DNA of 64,000 nt from an uncultured Actinomycetota bacterium (GTDB taxonomy: Bacteria; Actinomycetota; Actinomycetes; JAFAQI01). Where the stretch lies: assembly GCA_963770565.1 (NCBI GenBank), contig CAVYQE010000002.1, positions 32,001 to 96,000 on the forward strand, given 5' to 3'. Below are positions 9,775-19,756 of the stretch, piece by piece. Every line of letters begins with the position of its first letter. The stretch's first letter is position 1. A model generated the notes under the pieces. It searched no databases and was not told where the DNA came from. It saw only the letters and a program-made list of their open reading frames with translations. Made by a program: the position numbers and the translations under genes.

Positions 9775-10505
9775 GCGCGGCGACCGCAGTGACCTACGAC
9801 ACCGTCGTCACGCACGCGCGGCAGGCACCGTTGCGCAACCGCTTCCGCTACCGCACCCGGGCCTGGCTGGTCGACCTCGACCGGGTACCGACGCTCCCGC
9901 GCGGCCTGCAATGGCTGGCCCGGTTCGACGCCCGCGATCATCTCGGCCGATCGACCGAGTCGTTGCGGGACAACGTGACCGCGCTGCTCGCCAGCCACGG
10001 CATCGACCTGGCGGACGGTCGGATCGTGATGCTGGCCAATGCGCGCGCGCTCGGGCACGTGTTCAACCCGATCAGCGTCCACTGGTGCTACGACCGCGCG
10101 GAGGACCTGGTCGCGGTCGTCGCCGAAGTGCACAACACGTACGGCGACCGGCACGCCTACCTGATGCACCCCGGCCCGGACGGTCAGGTCGATGAATGGC
10201 TCGACAAGGCGATGTACGTCTCGCCGTTCAACCCGGTCGACGGGCGCTACCGCATCACGGTGTCGGAGCCGACGCATCGGGTATCAGTCTGTGTGACCCT
10301 GGAACGCGATGGGCAGCCGCCGTTTGTCGCGACCCTGCGAGGCACCCGCAGGGAGCCGGGCAATGTCGTCGCGACCGCCGTTGCGACGGCGGCGACCTCC
10401 CTGCGGGTCAGCGCACTGATCCGCTGGCAAGGGGTCCGGCTGTTCCTTCGCGGTCTTCGGGTCGAGCCACGTCCGATGCATCCCGCACAGGAGGCAGTCT
10501 CATGA
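9771..10505 (+). CDS. DUF1365 family protein (UfaO-like)
   Basis: GHVFNPISVHWC, AEVHNTYGDRHAY and KAMYVSPF motifs; ATGA coupling. Confidence 0.9.
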   Translation: MSAATAVTYDTVVTHARQAPLRNRFRYRTRAWLVDLDRVPTLPRGLQWLARFDARDHLGRSTESLRDNVTALLASHGIDLADGRIVMLANARALGHVFNPISVHWCYDRAEDLVAVVAEVHNTYGDRHAYLMHPGPDGQVDEWLDKAMYVSPFNPVDGRYRITVSEPTHRVSVCVTLERDGQPPFVATLRGTRREPGNVVATAVATAATSLRVSALIRWQGVRLFLRGLRVEPRPMHPAQEAVS

Positions 10506-11749
10506 CCACGGCGCACGACACCACCCGGACCCAGGCGGTGGATCTCGAACGGTGGCCGGCCATGGCCGGCCCGAGCCCCTCGCCGTTCCGCGCGCTCGTC
10601 GCGCGCAACCTGCTGCGCCGCGTCGTGGCCCGGACCGGGATCCGGGTCGTACTTCCGGATGGCACGTCATGGGGCCGGCCCGACGCACCGACGCTGCGGG
10701 TGCTCAACGTCGACGCCTTCTTCACCCGGCTCGGCCGCGACGGGCTGGTCGGGTTCGGTGAGTCGTACATGGCCGGCGACTGGGACAGCGACGACATCGT
10801 GGCGGTGCTCACCCCGATGGCCCGCGACATGGGCTCGCTCGTCCCACCGGCGGTCCAATGGCTGCGGCGCTGGTACAACGAACGGCATCCGCCGGCCGAG
10901 GACAACGACCGTCGCGGGGCGCGCCGCAACATCGCCCGGCACTACGACCTGTCCAACGACCTGTTCGCGGCGTTCCTCGACGAGACGATGACGTACTCTG
11001 CGGCGTTGCTCGACTCGCCCGGCAACGACCTGGCGACCGGCCAGCGGCGAAAGATCCAGCGCATCCTCGACGCGGCCGGCGTGACCTCCGACACGACGGT
11101 GCTCGAGGTCGGCACCGGCTGGGGTGAGCTGGCGTTGGAGGCGGCGCAACGCGGCGCCAAGGTCACCACGGTCACGCTGTCGACCGAGCAGGCTGCGCTG
11201 GCCCGCGAGCGGGTGCGGGACGCCAACCTCAGCGACCGCGTCGACGTACGGGTCCAGGACTACCGCGACGTCGACGGCCGGTACGACGCGATCGTCAGCG
11301 TCGAGATGATCGAGGCGGTCGGCGAGAAGTGGTGGCCGACCTTCTTCCGGACCCTCGACGACCGGCTCGAGCCGGGTGGCCGGATCGGCTTGCAGGCGAT
11401 CCTGATGCCGCATGACCGCCTGATGGCGAGCCGCCGGTCGTGGACCTGGATCCACAAGTACATCTTCCCGGGCGGCCTGCTGCTCTCCGAACGGGTCATC
11501 GACGAGGTGTGCGCGGCACACACCTCGCTGCGGGTGATCGACCGGTTGCACATGCCGGCGGCGTACGCCGAGACCCTCCGGCAGTGGCGGGAGCGATTCC
11601 ACGCGCACAGCAAGCGGATCGAGGAGCTCGGTTTCGACGCGACCTTCCGCAAGATGTGGACCTTCTACCTCGCCTACTGCGAGGCAGGCTTCCGGGCCGG
11701 CTATCTCAACGTTGCGCAGCTGACCCTGGCCCGAGGAGCGCATGCATGA
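10502..11749 (+). CDS. SAM-dependent CFA-synthase family fatty-acyl methyltransferase (UfaA1/UfaM-like)
   Basis: GFGESYMAGDW, NIARHYDLSN, LEVGTGWG, KYIFPGG and YLAYCEAGF motifs. Confidence 0.92.
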   Translation: MTTAHDTTRTQAVDLERWPAMAGPSPSPFRALVARNLLRRVVARTGIRVVLPDGTSWGRPDAPTLRVLNVDAFFTRLGRDGLVGFGESYMAGDWDSDDIVAVLTPMARDMGSLVPPAVQWLRRWYNERHPPAEDNDRRGARRNIARHYDLSNDLFAAFLDETMTYSAALLDSPGNDLATGQRRKIQRILDAAGVTSDTTVLEVGTGWGELALEAAQRGAKVTTVTLSTEQAALARERVRDANLSDRVDVRVQDYRDVDGRYDAIVSVEMIEAVGEKWWPTFFRTLDDRLEPGGRIGLQAILMPHDRLMASRRSWTWIHKYIFPGGLLLSERVIDEVCAAHTSLRVIDRLHMPAAYAETLRQWRERFHAHSKRIEELGFDATFRKMWTFYLAYCEAGFRAGYLNVAQLTLARGAHA

Positions 11750-13077
11750 CGACGGTCGCCGACACGCTCGCCCGAGTGGTCACACCGCTGTTCGACGGGC
11801 CGCTACCGGTGAACCTGCGGACCTGGGACGGCAGCGAGCTGCGCGCCGACGACCCAACCGCGCCGACCGTGGTGCTGACATCGCCCAATGCGTTGCGGCG
11901 CCTGGTGTGGGCGCCGGGCGAGATCGGCCTGTCGCGGGCCTACGTGACCGGCGAGCTCGACATCGACGGTGACCTGGCGGACGCGTTCCGGCGGATCTGG
12001 GCGGTCACCCGCGCGCGCCAGCCCGGCGGCCGGCCCGGCGCGGCGGCACTCGCCCGCGCGCTCAGGGCGGCCATCGCGCTCGGCGTGGTGAGGCGCCCGC
12101 TCCCGCCGCCACGGTCCGAGGCCCGGCCGAAGGGCCGGCTGCACAGCCGGCGACGCGACGCCCAGGTGATCAGCCACCACTACGACCTGTCCAACGCGCT
12201 CTACACCCTGCTGCTCGACGACGAGCATGTCGCCTACTCGTGCGGCTACTGGACCAGCGACGCCCCGGCGTACACGGTGGTCGACGCGCAGCGCGACAAG
12301 CTCGACCTGATCTGCCGCAAGCTCGACCTGCGGCCGGGGGCTCGACTGCTCGACGTGGGCTGCGGCTGGGGCGCCCTGTCGGTGCATGCCGCCAAGGAGT
12401 ACGGCGCACAGGTCACCGGCGTGACGATCTCGCGCGAGCAGCTGGAGTTCGGCCGCGCTCGGGTAGCGACGGAGGGCCTCGACCACCTGGTCGACCTGCG
12501 ATTGCAGGACTACCGCGACATCGCCGACGGGCCCTACGACGCGATCTCCACGATCGAGATGGGCGAGCACGTCGGTGCGGCCAACTACCCGGCTTTTCTG
12601 GCGATCCTGCACCGCCTCCTGCGCGACGAAGGAAGGCTGCTGGTGCAGCAGATGTCGCACGCCCCCAACCATCCGGGCGGCGGTCCGTTCATCGAGCGCT
12701 ACATCGCTCCCGACATGTACATGCGGCCGTTGCCCGAGCTGCTCGGCCTGATCCACGCAAGCGGTTTCGAGATCCGTGATGTGCATGCGCTTCGCGAGCA
12801 CTATGTCCGAACGGTCGAGGCGTGGCACGAGGAGTTCGAGCGGCGCTGGGACGAGGTCGTGGCGCTGGTCGGTCTCGAGCAGGCCCGGGTCTGGCGGCTG
12901 TACCTTGTCGGTGGCGCCTTGACCTTCGAGGAGAACCGGATGGGGATCGACCAGATCTTGTCGGTCAAGCCGACTGCCGCCGGGCGCTCGTCGATGCCGG
13001 CGACCCGGCTCGGCTGGGAGCCGCACGCCAGTCGCGGCACGTACGACGACTCGGCTGCCGACAGCTCCCGCGCGTGA
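11746..13077 (+). CDS. Second cyclopropane-fatty-acyl-phospholipid synthase family methyltransferase
   Basis: ISHHYDLSN, AYSCGYW, LLDVGCGWG, EMGEHVG and LREHY motifs. Confidence 0.92.
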   Translation: MTTVADTLARVVTPLFDGPLPVNLRTWDGSELRADDPTAPTVVLTSPNALRRLVWAPGEIGLSRAYVTGELDIDGDLADAFRRIWAVTRARQPGGRPGAAALARALRAAIALGVVRRPLPPPRSEARPKGRLHSRRRDAQVISHHYDLSNALYTLLLDDEHVAYSCGYWTSDAPAYTVVDAQRDKLDLICRKLDLRPGARLLDVGCGWGALSVHAAKEYGAQVTGVTISREQLEFGRARVATEGLDHLVDLRLQDYRDIADGPYDAISTIEMGEHVGAANYPAFLAILHRLLRDEGRLLVQQMSHAPNHPGGGPFIERYIAPDMYMRPLPELLGLIHASGFEIRDVHALREHYVRTVEAWHEEFERRWDEVVALVGLEQARVWRLYLVGGALTFEENRMGIDQILSVKPTAAGRSSMPATRLGWEPHASRGTYDDSAADSSRA

Positions 13078-13880
13078 ACTCGTTCGCGGTCCATCCCTTC
13101 CTCACCGGTTTGGCCCTCACCCTTGGGGTCTCGTTCGCGGTCTTCGTGTTGTCGTGGCTGGTGGCAGTTCGGGTCGGGCGGTTCAACATCGTCGACGTCG
13201 TCTGGGGTGCGTCGTTCATCATCACCGCGGTCGTGTCGCTGGTGTGGTCGGACGGCCACGAGGTGCCGACCTGGCGGCGAGTGCTCGTCCTCGCACTGGT
13301 GGCGCTGTGGGGCGGCCGGCTGGCGATCTACATCGCTATCCGCAGCCACGACAAGGGCGAGGATCCGCGCTACACCGAGATGCTCGGCGACGGTCCGCAC
13401 CGCGCGCTGCGCGCTCTCGGCACGGTCTTCGTCCTGCAGGCGGTCATCGCATGGTTCATCTCGCTCCCGGTGCAGGCGGCGATGTACATCCGCACCGGTT
13501 GGTCGGCGCTCGCCTTCGTCGGTGTTGCAGCCTGGCTCGTCGGTGTCTACTTCGAGGCGGTCGGCGATGCCCAGATGGCGGCGTTCCGCAACGATCCGGC
13601 CAACCGTGGCACGGTCATGGACCGCGGCCTGTGGCGCTACACCCGCCATCCCAACTACTTCGGTGACGCCACGGTCTGGGCCGGGCTCTATCTGATCGCC
13701 GCCGAGCACTGGATCGGTGCGCTGACAGTCGCCTCACCGGCGCTGATGGCGTGGTTCCTGTCGTTCAAGACCGGCAAGCCACTGCTCGAGAAGCAGATGG
13801 CGGCCACCAAACCCGGGTACGCCGACTACATGCGTCGTACCAGTGGCTTCTTCCCCCGCCCGCCCCACCCCCGAAGTTGA
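13074..13880 (+). CDS. DUF1295 / steroid 5-alpha-reductase-like membrane protein
   Basis: GEDPRY, GLWRYTRHPNYFGD and YMRRTSGFFP motifs; GTG start overlaps the previous stop. Confidence 0.9.
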   Translation: MNSFAVHPFLTGLALTLGVSFAVFVLSWLVAVRVGRFNIVDVVWGASFIITAVVSLVWSDGHEVPTWRRVLVLALVALWGGRLAIYIAIRSHDKGEDPRYTEMLGDGPHRALRALGTVFVLQAVIAWFISLPVQAAMYIRTGWSALAFVGVAAWLVGVYFEAVGDAQMAAFRNDPANRGTVMDRGLWRYTRHPNYFGDATVWAGLYLIAAEHWIGALTVASPALMAWFLSFKTGKPLLEKQMAATKPGYADYMRRTSGFFPRPPHPRS

Positions 13881-13937
13881 TCATGGCGAAACGCGCAGTA
13901 TTTTCAACGAAAATCGCGCTTTTTGCCATGATCAACT
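13875..13937. repeat. Palindromic REP-like element, family A copy 1
   Basis: AGTTGATCATGGC...GCCATGATCAACT arms; reverse-oriented homolog at 61274-61334. Confidence 0.85.
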
Positions 13938-13963
13938 CCCGATAGCCGCATACGCTCGCTGCC

Positions 13964-14728
13964 ATGGACCTCGGACTCGGCGGGAAGGTCGGACTCGTCA
14001 CCGGTGTCAGTTCCGGCATCGGTGCGGCCGCTGCGGATGCGCTCATCGCCGAAGGGATGCGCGTCTTCGGCACCAGCCGGGGCTCGCCCGAGCCGCGGGC
14101 CGACCTCGCGCACGCGAGCATCGACATGGGCGCTGCAGACGCGGGCGACAAAGCCGTTGCCGGCTGCATCGAGACATTCGGTCGCCTCGACGTGTTGGTG
14201 AACAACGTCGGCAGCGGTCGAATCGGCACCGGCTTCGTCGACGAATCCGACGACATCTGGCAGCAGTACTGGAATCTCAACTTCATGTCCGCGGTTCGCA
14301 CGGCGCGTTCAGCGCTGCCATTCCTGGCCGAGAGCCGGGGTGTCATCGTGAACGTCTCGAGCATCAATGGCCGTTTGCCTGAAGCAGGCATCTACTCCTA
14401 CAGCGCCACCAAGGCGGCGATGAACAACCTCACCGTCAATCTCGCACGCGAGTACGCCGGGCGCGGAGTTCGGGTCGTCGGCGTCGCGCCCGGTCCGGTC
14501 GACACCCCGTTATGGCTCGGACCGTACGGCGTCGCCGCGCAGGTCTCCGCGATGGGCGGCGGCGACGCCGAATCGATCATCGCGGGTGCCCGACAGGAGG
14601 TGCCGATCGGTCGGTTCAGCTCGGCAGCGGAGGTCGGCGCCCTGATCGCCTTCCTGTCGAGCGAGCGGGCCGGATCGATCACGGGCACCACCGTCACGAT
14701 CGACGGGGGCATCACACCGACCACCTGA
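13964..14728 (+). CDS. SDR family oxidoreductase
   Basis: TGVSSGIG, NNVG and YSATK motifs. Confidence 0.93.
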   Translation: MDLGLGGKVGLVTGVSSGIGAAAADALIAEGMRVFGTSRGSPEPRADLAHASIDMGAADAGDKAVAGCIETFGRLDVLVNNVGSGRIGTGFVDESDDIWQQYWNLNFMSAVRTARSALPFLAESRGVIVNVSSINGRLPEAGIYSYSATKAAMNNLTVNLAREYAGRGVRVVGVAPGPVDTPLWLGPYGVAAQVSAMGGGDAESIIAGARQEVPIGRFSSAAEVGALIAFLSSERAGSITGTTVTIDGGITPTT

Positions 14729-14730
14729 GG

Positions 14731-15276
14731 TCAGAAGACGAAGGGGATCAGCATCTTCGTCGAGTCCCGGTACGCCGGATAGGTGTCCGGGAACTTCTCG
14801 GTCATGTACCGCTGCTCCATGACCGCGCTGTAGACGAAGTAGCCACCGAGCAGGACCACGATCACGAGCCACTGCACGCTCACCGCGATGGCGGTGCCGG
14901 TCATGGCGAGGATCAGGCCGGAGTAGATCGGGTTCCGGATCCAGTGGTACGGACCGGTGGTGACTAGCTCCGGATCGACCTTCTCCGACATCGGCGAACC
15001 CCAGTTGCGGCCGAGGTGCACCCGGGCCCAGACCGCCAGCGCCAGCCCCGCCACGAACAGCGGCAATCCGATCGCCCCGAGCACGGGGTCGTGGGTCACA
15101 GCGTGACGGAAGGCCGGGATCCGCTCGAGGACCAGGATCACCACCACGATCACGATCCGGTCGCCAGCGAATCTCCCCCATCGGGTTCGACCGGATTTCG
15201 CGCCAGCGGCGGCAAGCAGCCAGCCAATCGCGAAAACGACCCAGCCGACGCCGATGACGATGTCGGTGGCACGCAT
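14731..15276 (-). CDS. Isoprenylcysteine carboxylmethyltransferase (ICMT/PEMT) family membrane protein
   Basis: LGRNW, LVTTGPYHWIRNPIY and YPAY motifs. Confidence 0.88.
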   Translation of the reverse strand: MRATDIVIGVGWVVFAIGWLLAAAGAKSGRTRWGRFAGDRIVIVVVILVLERIPAFRHAVTHDPVLGAIGLPLFVAGLALAVWARVHLGRNWGSPMSEKVDPELVTTGPYHWIRNPIYSGLILAMTGTAIAVSVQWLVIVVLLGGYFVYSAVMEQRYMTEKFPDTYPAYRDSTKMLIPFVF

Positions 15277-15309
15277 GATTGGCTACAGACGGTACTCGGC
15301 GCGCGATCG

Positions 15310-15789
15310 CTAGGCGCGACGAGACAACGTCATCTCCCAGTTGGTCCGCCAGCTCGCCCCGCCGTCCGCGCTAAATGCCTGCCGCCAGACCGGGTGAGTC
15401 TTGTCGGCGGTCCACTCGAAGCGAACCTCCGTCGGTCGCCCGGCGATGACGTCGTGGCAGGTGAACACCCCGATCCCGTCGCTGAACGCCCCGACAACCG
15501 GTGGATCGAGCCGGCCCGGCGCGCGGGTCGAGCTCCACCAGATGCTCCACGTGCTCAAGGCCGGATCGAACAACCGCAGGGTGAAACCCTCGAACGGTGC
15601 GCCATCCGGCGGGTCAGGGACGAACATCCGGTCGACGTGCCCGATCCCGGCGAGGACGTTGAAGGCCTCGCTGGTCGCCTCGAACTCGACCCAGTCGCTG
15701 CATTCCGGGTCGGTGACGTCACGCAACTTGCGGTTGTGAACGCTCCAGCGCCCGATGATGAAGTCGAAATCGTGGTTAGGGTTGCTCAT
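15310..15789 (-). CDS. Conserved hypothetical protein (DUF1579-like)
   Basis: HDFDFIIGRW, WSIWW and WRQAFSADGGASWRTNW motifs. Confidence 0.75.
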   Translation of the reverse strand: MSNPNHDFDFIIGRWSVHNRKLRDVTDPECSDWVEFEATSEAFNVLAGIGHVDRMFVPDPPDGAPFEGFTLRLFDPALSTWSIWWSSTRAPGRLDPPVVGAFSDGIGVFTCHDVIAGRPTEVRFEWTADKTHPVWRQAFSADGGASWRTNWEMTLSRRA

Positions 15790-15840
15790 AGCCCTCGTCA
15801 TACATCGAGCCACCGACAGCGGGAAGCCCGGAGCTGGCCG

Positions 15841-16122
15841 TCACAGAACGTGGAACTCGATCCGGTAGACCAGCGTCTCGTCGTCGATCGGGCCGGCATG
15901 GGCCGCGCGCTGCCGCAACGTCTCGCGGTCTCGCTCCCCGGAACGCGCGACGTCCTCGGCTGATACCGCCGAGAAGGGCAGCAGCTCGACTGAGTCGACC
16001 TCGATGTCGAACCCGTGGCTCGCGTAGCGCCCGCCGGTCTTCACCTTGGGCCGCGACCAGAGTCTGATCGACACCGTGATGTCGCCGGCGGCAACCCGAT
16101 CGCGCAGCTCCGGGCTGAACAT
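15841..16122 (-). CDS. Small ASCH/PUA-like protein
   Basis: MFSPELRDRVAAGDITVSIRLWSRP...VYRIEF; GC-frame-like codon usage. Confidence 0.7.
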   Translation of the reverse strand: MFSPELRDRVAAGDITVSIRLWSRPKVKTGGRYASHGFDIEVDSVELLPFSAVSAEDVARSGERDRETLRQRAAHAGPIDDETLVYRIEFHVL

Positions 16123-16156
16123 CACCCGCCCACGGTAAGTCGCTGCGCTGGCGTAA

Positions 16157-17446
16157 TCAGGTACGGGCAGTTGCGAGGCCCAGCCGCTTACTGCCGAGAC
16201 CAGGGAAGACCTTGCCGGTGCTGACGCCACAACGCTTCTCCAGCAGCTCGGCCAGGATCGTGCGGTAGTCGTTCGCACCGGCCAGGTTGCCGAGCACCAG
16301 GTCGGAGTCGGCCAGCCCCGGCCAGCGACCGTAGACGCTGCCGCCCTTGACGCCGCCGCCGAGGACGAACACCGCGTTGCCATGACCGTGGTCGAGGCCC
16401 CCGGAGTCGTTCTCCATCACCCGTCGACCGAACTCGGACAGCGTGACCACGACGATGTTCGACATCGCCGAGCCGAGGTCGGTCGCGAACGCGGCGAGCG
16501 CCTGACCGAGACCGGTCAGGTTGCCGTACATCCAGCCGTTCGTCGGAGCGCCCAGCCCGACATGCATGTCCCAGTTGCCGCAGTCGACCGCCGCGACCCG
16601 CAGCCCGACGCCGGCCTTGATCAGCTGCGCCACGTTGCTCAGCGAGCCACCGACATCGTCGTTCGGGTACGACGCGCCGTTTGCCGGCGTGTACTTCGCG
16701 GCTGAGAGTGTCTGCGTGGTCTTCAACGCCGCGAGCGTGGTCCGGGCCGGCGCCGACACCAGTTCCGGAGCGCCGTGCTGGAGCTCGCGCAGCGCGGTGT
16801 GCCAGGACGCGACATCGGCGCTCGAGGCACCGCTCAACGCGAACGAGCTCAACGTCTGCATCGCGGTGACCGGATAGTTGCCACTCATCGACGACGGCGC
16901 CGTCGCGGGGCCGACCGAGCTCGCCGCAAACGGCGTCCCGCTGCCGGTGGCGCCCGCCATCCGGTCGATCCAGCCGGTTCGGATCGTCGACCCCGGCGCG
17001 GCGCGCTCCATCTCCTCCATCGCCTCGAAGTGCGACATGGTCGGGTCCTTCTGGCCGACCGCGTGCACGAACGCGAGCTGGCCGGCATTCCAGAGCGGGA
17101 TCAGCGGCGCGAGCGCCTGGTTCATGCCGAACATCGAGTCGAGGGTGAACAGCTGCGAGGACGGGATGCCGATGCTCGGTCGGTTGGGTGCGTAGTGCGG
17201 GTCGCCGGCCGGCACGATCGCGGACAGGCCGTCGAAACCGCCGCGCAGGCTCACGACCACCAGTACGTCGCCGTCGTACCCGGAGTCGGCGAACGCCAGC
17301 TGGGTCGAGCCGAACGGCCCGAACCCGCTGACCATCCCGAGTGCGGCGAGGCCGGCCGCACCGCCGAGGAACCCGCGGCGGCTCAGCCGCGCGCCCTCGC
17401 ACTCGCTGCACCCGATCATGGCCGGGGAGCCGACGTCGCTGTTCAT
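16157..17446 (-). CDS. DUF1501 family Tat-exported protein
   Basis: SRRGFL twin-arginine motif, LRGGFDGLS, SHFEA, WDMH and SEFGR...GLDHGHG motifs. Confidence 0.92.
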   Translation of the reverse strand: MNSDVGSPAMIGCSECEGARLSRRGFLGGAAGLAALGMVSGFGPFGSTQLAFADSGYDGDVLVVVSLRGGFDGLSAIVPAGDPHYAPNRPSIGIPSSQLFTLDSMFGMNQALAPLIPLWNAGQLAFVHAVGQKDPTMSHFEAMEEMERAAPGSTIRTGWIDRMAGATGSGTPFAASSVGPATAPSSMSGNYPVTAMQTLSSFALSGASSADVASWHTALRELQHGAPELVSAPARTTLAALKTTQTLSAAKYTPANGASYPNDDVGGSLSNVAQLIKAGVGLRVAAVDCGNWDMHVGLGAPTNGWMYGNLTGLGQALAAFATDLGSAMSNIVVVTLSEFGRRVMENDSGGLDHGHGNAVFVLGGGVKGGSVYGRWPGLADSDLVLGNLAGANDYRTILAELLEKRCGVSTGKVFPGLGSKRLGLATART

Positions 17447-18972
17447 CGCATCGCCTGGTGTGAGCTGTCGAGGATCAGTGCGACCAGGTACGGCAACCGC
17501 CAGGTGACCGCTTCGTCGTCGGCGGTCAACGGCGTGCCCGGCTTGCTGCCCACGAAGCGGGTCAGCGCGGAGCGCTGCACCCCATTGAGCGCGGGCACGT
17601 TGAGCGCGGCCGCAAGCGAGTCGACCAGGTGTCCGTGTGTCTTCGGCAACGGCTTCGGAACGAAGGAGTCGAGCTTGGTAAACCGCAGGCCGGCCGGCCA
17701 CCATTGACCGGCGAGGCTCATGTGGGCGTTCCACTTCCCGAGCGTCGCGGAGGTCGACGACCAGGCCGCTGCGGTGTCGGCGTACCCGTTCGGCGCGTGC
17801 CAGCCGAGCGGCGGCTGGCCGACCGTGCTGGCCAACCACTGCAGCTCCCGGACCGCACTCGTCCCGTGCTTCGGCGGCTCGATCCGCAGCACCCGAAGGG
17901 TGGCGATCATGTCCTCGTACGGCGTGCGCACCTTCTCGTTCACCGAGCGCGCGAACTCCGGCGAGGCAAAGAGCTCGCGGAGCACCGGCACGATCTGCGT
18001 ACCGTGATGCCGGTAGGTCGCGGCCAGCCGGTTGACGAGCGAGCTCGGTGGGTTGTCCGACACGAACCGCACCGCGAGCTTGGTCGCAAGGTGACGGGCC
18101 GTGCTCGGGTGGTGGGCGAGGTAGCGGAGGTACTCCATCGCGACGCCCTCGCCCTTGGCCGCCGAGTGGTTGCCCGAATGGAAGCCCATCACCTTGACCG
18201 GGCCGACGTGGTGCATCCAAGGCTTGTACTCGAACTCGCCACCCTCCGGCTGCACGGACAGCCCGGTGAGGATCAGCGCGCTGTTGTGTACGTCCTTCTG
18301 CGAGTAGCCGGCGGTGATGCCGACGGTGTGCAGCTCGAGCAGCTCGCGGCCCCAGTTCTCGTTCGGGGCGGCGCCGGTGCTCTCCGCGTTGCCGAGGTAG
18401 TTGAGCATGGCCGGCGCCTTGCCGGTCGCGCAGATCATGTCGCTGAATGACCCGAGGGCGTGCTTGCGGATCACGTCGCGGTCGAACAGGTGCCGGCTGT
18501 CCCACACGTCGCTGCTCGGGCAGGTGACGTTGAGGTGGTTCGACCAGAAGTCGACCATGATCTCGAGCAGCTGCCGCTTCGACCAGATCGCGCGGGCGAT
18601 GTGCGTGTCGACCAGGTCGAACATGACATCCCAGTCGCCGTCCTGCAGATGCTTGCGCACCTGCCAGGTGTTCCACTTCAACCGCGGCCAGCGCTTGAGC
18701 AGATGCTCCATCGCGTCGTCGTTGACCCGACCGGGGTGCAGCTGGTCCTCAAGCCACGCCGTCGTGCCGCGCTTCTCGACCTCTCGGGTCAGTGCAGGGG
18801 TCGCGCCGTACGTCGCACGCCTCAGCAGATGCGCAACGACGGAGGGCTTGGGGTGCTTGGAATGGCGGGCCTGCCCCGCAGCCGCCCAGGCATCGTCGAG
18901 GCCGCCGGTTGCCGAGGCGGCCAGCACTGCCGCTCCGGTCATCGCACCGAACTCGCGACGCGTGACAGGCAC
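17443..18972 (-). CDS. DUF1800 family protein with twin-arginine leader
   Basis: TRREF, HLLRRATYG, FWSNHLNV, NENWGRELLELHTVG and PNGY motifs; start approximate. Confidence 0.9.
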   Translation of the reverse strand: MPVTRREFGAMTGAAVLAASATGGLDDAWAAAGQARHSKHPKPSVVAHLLRRATYGATPALTREVEKRGTTAWLEDQLHPGRVNDDAMEHLLKRWPRLKWNTWQVRKHLQDGDWDVMFDLVDTHIARAIWSKRQLLEIMVDFWSNHLNVTCPSSDVWDSRHLFDRDVIRKHALGSFSDMICATGKAPAMLNYLGNAESTGAAPNENWGRELLELHTVGITAGYSQKDVHNSALILTGLSVQPEGGEFEYKPWMHHVGPVKVMGFHSGNHSAAKGEGVAMEYLRYLAHHPSTARHLATKLAVRFVSDNPPSSLVNRLAATYRHHGTQIVPVLRELFASPEFARSVNEKVRTPYEDMIATLRVLRIEPPKHGTSAVRELQWLASTVGQPPLGWHAPNGYADTAAAWSSTSATLGKWNAHMSLAGQWWPAGLRFTKLDSFVPKPLPKTHGHLVDSLAAALNVPALNGVQRSALTRFVGSKPGTPLTADDEAVTWRLPYLVALILDSSHQAMR

Positions 18973-19077
18973 ACTCCGATATCGGCATCGCGGATGGACC
19001 GCTTCAGTTGCTGCCTTCGCGCGTTGAAGATCACCCATTCGCACTACCGTTGGTGCGCAGAGCGCGGAGGTGAGCAG

Positions 19078-19659
19078 ATGGACATCGCAGTGATCGGCAC
19101 CGGCTTCATCGGAGGCACGCTCGGCCGGTCATTGGCCGGATCGGGCCACCGGGTCGTCTTCGGCTCACGCCATCCGGGCGACGATCCGGTCGCGGCCGAC
19201 ACCTCGGCAACGGTCGACACGATCGGTTCCGCGCTCGGCGCCGCAGATGTCGTGATCCTCGCCGTTCCCGGCGCAGCGGTGGGAGTCGTCACCGACGAGT
19301 ACGCCGACACGCTGGCCGGCAAGCTGGTGATCGATGCGACCAACCGGACCGGGCAACCGGTCGCCAACGCCCGCGCCGTGCTGCCGGCCACGATCCGGTA
19401 CGCGCGCGCGTTCAACTCCCTCGGCGGGGAGAACATGGCCGACCCGGTGTTCTCGGACGGCCCGGCGGACATGTTCTTCTCGGCCCCCGAGGCCGACCGC
19501 GGCACGGTCGAGACCGTGATCGAGGGGGTCGGCCTTCACCCGATCTACGTCGGCGAGGACCAGGAAGCGCTGATCGATGCGTTGTTCCAGCTCTGGATCA
19601 CCCTCGCGATGAAGCAGGGCCGCGGCCGCCGCCTCGCACTGCGGCTGCTCGACCGCTAG
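19078..19659 (+). CDS. NADPH-dependent F420 reductase-like oxidoreductase
   Basis: IAVIGTGFIGG, VIDATN and RAFN motifs; GGAGG RBS. Confidence 0.85.
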   Translation: MDIAVIGTGFIGGTLGRSLAGSGHRVVFGSRHPGDDPVAADTSATVDTIGSALGAADVVILAVPGAAVGVVTDEYADTLAGKLVIDATNRTGQPVANARAVLPATIRYARAFNSLGGENMADPVFSDGPADMFFSAPEADRGTVETVIEGVGLHPIYVGEDQEALIDALFQLWITLAMKQGRGRRLALRLLDR

Positions 19660-19709
19660 TCGCAGCGACGAAGAAACTGCCTCTCGACAGCAGGCGCGGT
19701 CCCGAGTAA

Positions 19710-19726
19710 TATACCCGGTATCATAC
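19710..19726. promoter_or_regulatory. Candidate PadR operator TATAC-CCG-GTATCATAC
   Basis: Same ATAC-N3-GTAT core as upstream of the second padR (49695-49720). Confidence 0.5.
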
Positions 19727-19756
19727 TGGACGGAGCCTCCCGATGAATGCAGCCCG

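Noticed and set aside
16157-18676. 839-aa extended DUF1501 ORF
   Set aside because: The upstream part is an off-frame shadow of DUF1800. The real start is ATG 17446, coupled to the DUF1800 stop.
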